Virus record (IMG/VR): IMGVR_UViG_3300029781_000008
Coordinates: 1 to 26,007 of that record
Source: a virus
DNA: 26,007 nucleotides
Strand: one strand, 5' to 3'
This document shows, one piece after another, positions 23,488 through 26,007 of the stretch. Numbering within the stretch: the first letter of the stretch is position 1; each line of letters starts with the position of its first letter. The notes below the pieces were generated by a model that did no database searches, had not been told where the DNA came from, and saw only the letters and a list, made by a program, of their open reading frames with translations. Made by a program: the position numbers and the translations under genes.

Positions 23488-26007
23488 TCATCGAACCGGA
23501 ACGGCTCCACGTAGGCGCTGCTCTTTAACCGCCCTGGCCATGATCTGGTTTGTAACCTCTTTGCCATCCAAGTACCATTTGTGGACAGTGTGATCCTCGA
23601 TCACTACCCTACCCCCACCAGATCCACCATGAATAGACTCAAATCCTGCATCGGCCAGGGCCGTAAACATCCTAGTCAAGCGGTTAGGAAGGATGATCTC
23701 CGGGCCCTGGTCTGCGATGACATCCAGTTCCGGCTTATTCACCAGACCTCCCCTCGCTCGGAATATCGGAGCAAGGCCACCCCAAGAAGATGTGCCGAAT
23801 GTTCCGCCATAACCGCCCCCCCCATATCCGCCGCCCCCCAATTCAACCCCCAGGCCTGCGGTGGCAAGGGGTCCGGTGCTGGCTATGACTGCGTTATTGT
23901 AGATGTCTCGGCAGGATGCCCCGCCGGCGATATAGCACCCGGAGCCGGAGCACCCGGAATTGCCGCCACCGTACTCGCTCCAATCGCCTGTAGGTGCAAG
24001 CCAATCAGACTCCGAAGCAAAGGCCCAATCCATGCCACCACCGCCTCCACCACCACCGCCGCCATAGCCTCCTCCGCTGCTGCTAATATTGACACTAACA
24101 TTAATCCTCTGGAGTTCTGCGGCTATCTGTGACACGGCGCTGGATATCTGGCTCTGAGCATTGGAGAGATCGGTGAGCATATCAGACCATACCTGTCCCC
24201 AATTCTCGGAGAAGGCCAAGAGAGAGCTTTCACCGTTAGCTACCATCTGGTTAATCGCATCCGTGACTCCGTTTTTGGCATCATAAAATGCGTTCTTGAT
24301 AGAATCATTAAGATTTGTGACCGTGGGCTCAATGGCTGGCCAGATGGCAGCATAATTGGTCTTAGTGTCGTCTAGGATCTGGGCATTGGTCTGAATCCAG
24401 GTATTGCGGATACCTATTGCGGCCTGCCAGGCATTATCTCGGAATGTAGTAACTTCGTAAGTCAGAATCTCGTTAATCTGCCGCCAATAGACAGATCCCT
24501 CTGCCTTGATTATGCCCCATGAAATCCTGAAGAAGTTCTTAAGATCGGTAATGATCTTCTGCACCTGTTTGTTCATGCTGGCCAGGCCCTTGATGCCGAA
24601 GTAGGCTTTCATTTCATCGGCATCTACTGCATCGCCTGAACCGCTTGCTCCTGCTGCCCCGCCTTCAGCCATACCTGTGATACCATAGGCTCTCATGGCT
24701 GCCAAGAGCAGATCCCAGCGCTTGTGCTTCTCCGGTATTACCCATTCCCGGCCAGCTTCACCTATGACTGCCAGCTCGGGGCCGGTGGTTTCCGTACCCA
24801 TCGCCCGGCCGCCTGCCGCCACATAAGCCGCATTCCACCAAGACGGGTCACTGGACGAGGAGGAGGATGAGGGACGGCTAGATGAGGCGCTGCTTGAGAA
24901 TGATATTGTCTGAGATATGGGATATGAGGGTGAAGCGTTGCCGCTATATGGGTTATTCCTGGCGAAAGATGCATAGGCATTAGCCAGGGAGGAAGCTGCA
25001 TTAGAGGCAGCTCCAGCCAGGTTGTTGGCCGCACCGTTCACGGCATTGGCTCCGCTCTGGATTGCGTTGGCTCCGCTTTGGACGGAGTTCTGGAAGCCTG
25101 AGCCCGCTACCTGGACCTTGTTGTAGAGTTCTCCCCCGGCCTGAGTAAAGCGCTGCTGGGCTACCTGGCCGATAACTGCAATCTCCCGGCCAGAGGCATC
25201 CAGGCCAATCTTTACAGCCTGGCCCGCTTGGGTGGCAAAATTGGCAGCTACTTGAGCGCCTTGCTGTATGGCATTGGCGGCGGTCTGGCTGCCAATAAGA
25301 ATCCGATCCACCATAGCAGCCCCGGCGGCGGAGACAGCCGCGGAAGCCTGCTTTAAGGCATCCCCACCGGCGGCACTGGCGGCCCTGAGTGTGTTTGCAC
25401 TTGTCTCAAATATGCCCATAGTTAGGGCATTTGCCTTTTTGGTGGTGGATAAGAAGCCTTCCGATGCCTTTTTTGTGGTTGTTGTTGTAGTGTCCGCCGC
25501 TTCATTGGCTGCCTTCGGGAGAACAGCCATTATCTCTTCAACCTTTTCCGGGGATAACTTTGCTCCCCATGCATCTGTGAATTTTGAGACTTGGCTCTTG
25601 ATTGTGTCAAAATCGTTGCCAATTTCATGCATGGCAAGCACCCATTCTTTGGGGTCCATGTATGTAACTTCCCTGGCATGGGGTACGAAAACATCGCCTT
25701 GTGCATTTAAGCTGAAGTTTCCGGGTTCTATTGTTCCCCCGCCAAGTTTGTAATTTACATTTACATCAATCGTTTTGCCATCATATTTACTAGGGACGTC
25801 ACCAAGCCCGTTAAAATTGATATCAGTCTCAAAGTCCTCCGAAGCAAAAAGGTCCTCTGCTGCCGCTCTCCACTCTTTCGCCCGGGTGATTAAGCTATCT
25901 CCTGCCCCTTCCCAGGCGGAGTTCATGGCTCCGCCAATTACATCCAGGATGGCGGCTCCGATGGTCCCCTTGCCTGCCGTCAGGATAGTAGAGCCGAAGC
26001 TAGTTGC
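23488..26007 (-). CDS. Tape measure protein, 5'-truncated by the window edge
   Basis: Frame stays open from 25926 to 26007 (ATSFGSTILTAG...); Ala/Gln/Gly-rich helical repeats; two A.GG...P....GE.G.E.viP-type motifs. Confidence 0.85.
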   Translation of the reverse strand, partial: ATSFGSTILTAGKGTIGAAILDVIGGAMNSAWEGAGDSLITRAKEWRAAAEDLFASEDFETDINFNGLGDVPSKYDGKTIDVNVNYKLGGGTIEPGNFSLNAQGDVFVPHAREVTYMDPKEWVLAMHEIGNDFDTIKSQVSKFTDAWGAKLSPEKVEEIMAVLPKAANEAADTTTTTTKKASEGFLSTTKKANALTMGIFETSANTLRAASAAGGDALKQASAAVSAAGAAMVDRILIGSQTAANAIQQGAQVAANFATQAGQAVKIGLDASGREIAVIGQVAQQRFTQAGGELYNKVQVAGSGFQNSVQSGANAIQSGANAVNGAANNLAGAASNAASSLANAYASFARNNPYSGNASPSYPISQTISFSSSASSSRPSSSSSSSDPSWWNAAYVAAGGRAMGTETTGPELAVIGEAGREWVIPEKHKRWDLLLAAMRAYGITGMAEGGAAGASGSGDAVDADEMKAYFGIKGLASMNKQVQKIITDLKNFFRISWGIIKAEGSVYWRQINEILTYEVTTFRDNAWQAAIGIRNTWIQTNAQILDDTKTNYAAIWPAIEPTVTNLNDSIKNAFYDAKNGVTDAINQMVANGESSLLAFSENWGQVWSDMLTDLSNAQSQISSAVSQIAAELQRINVSVNISSSGGGYGGGGGGGGGGMDWAFASESDWLAPTGDWSEYGGGNSGCSGSGCYIAGGASCRDIYNNAVIASTGPLATAGLGVELGGGGYGGGGYGGTFGTSSWGGLAPIFRARGGLVNKPELDVIADQGPEIILPNRLTRMFTALADAGFESIHGGSGGGRVVIEDHTVHKWYLDGKEVTNQIMARAVKEQRLRGAVPVR

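Larger units (their letters stand above)
16500..26007. mobile_element. Partial head-tail (Caudoviricetes-like) archaeal virus/provirus: tail module plus accessory genes
   Basis: Tape measure, fibre, discoidin, hub-like and three tail-collar genes are co-oriented on the - strand; the element runs off the right edge. Confidence 0.85.

Noticed and set aside
23581-25753. + strand ORFs 23581-24132 and 25268-25753
   Set aside because: Antisense to the Ala-rich tape measure gene; a typical shadow frame.
1-26007. CRISPR array, rRNA/tRNA genes, IS transposase, terminase/capsid, lysin
   Set aside because: No regularly spaced repeats or diagnostic motifs found by inspection; head genes of the tailed virus would lie beyond the right edge.

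Overview
Archaeal (methanogen-type) viral DNA made of two apparently distinct elements; no host chromosomal genes, rRNA, tRNA or CRISPR array were seen. (1) About 1-16450: a ~16.4 kb membrane-extrusion-type (inovirus/pleolipovirus-like) virus or provirus. It carries a pVIII-like major coat candidate, two paralogous anchored surface proteins, a 678-aa adhesin, a pVI-like membrane protein, small membrane proteins and a soluble FtsK/HerA-type ATPase. These are followed by a tyrosine integrase with a C-terminal Zn ribbon, a divergent RHH/RHH switch, a tightly coupled early operon, and an SF3-like helicase with a K-to-A Walker A and an origin-like inverted-repeat cluster at its 3' end. No HUH Rep was recognised. 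(2) About 16500-26007: part of a head-tail virus, with a short + strand accessory operon converging on a - strand tail module (tape measure truncated at the window edge, fibre, discoidin protein, hub/Tal-like protein, three tandem tail-collar paralogs). The top leads are the unusual gene combination of element 1, an identical 26-bp 10-6-10 palindrome kept in frame inside two otherwise diverged paralogous surface-protein genes, the RHH switch with mirrored start codons, and the junction between the two viruses (real nesting versus assembly chimera). All family calls come from motif recognition by eye; no database searches were run.
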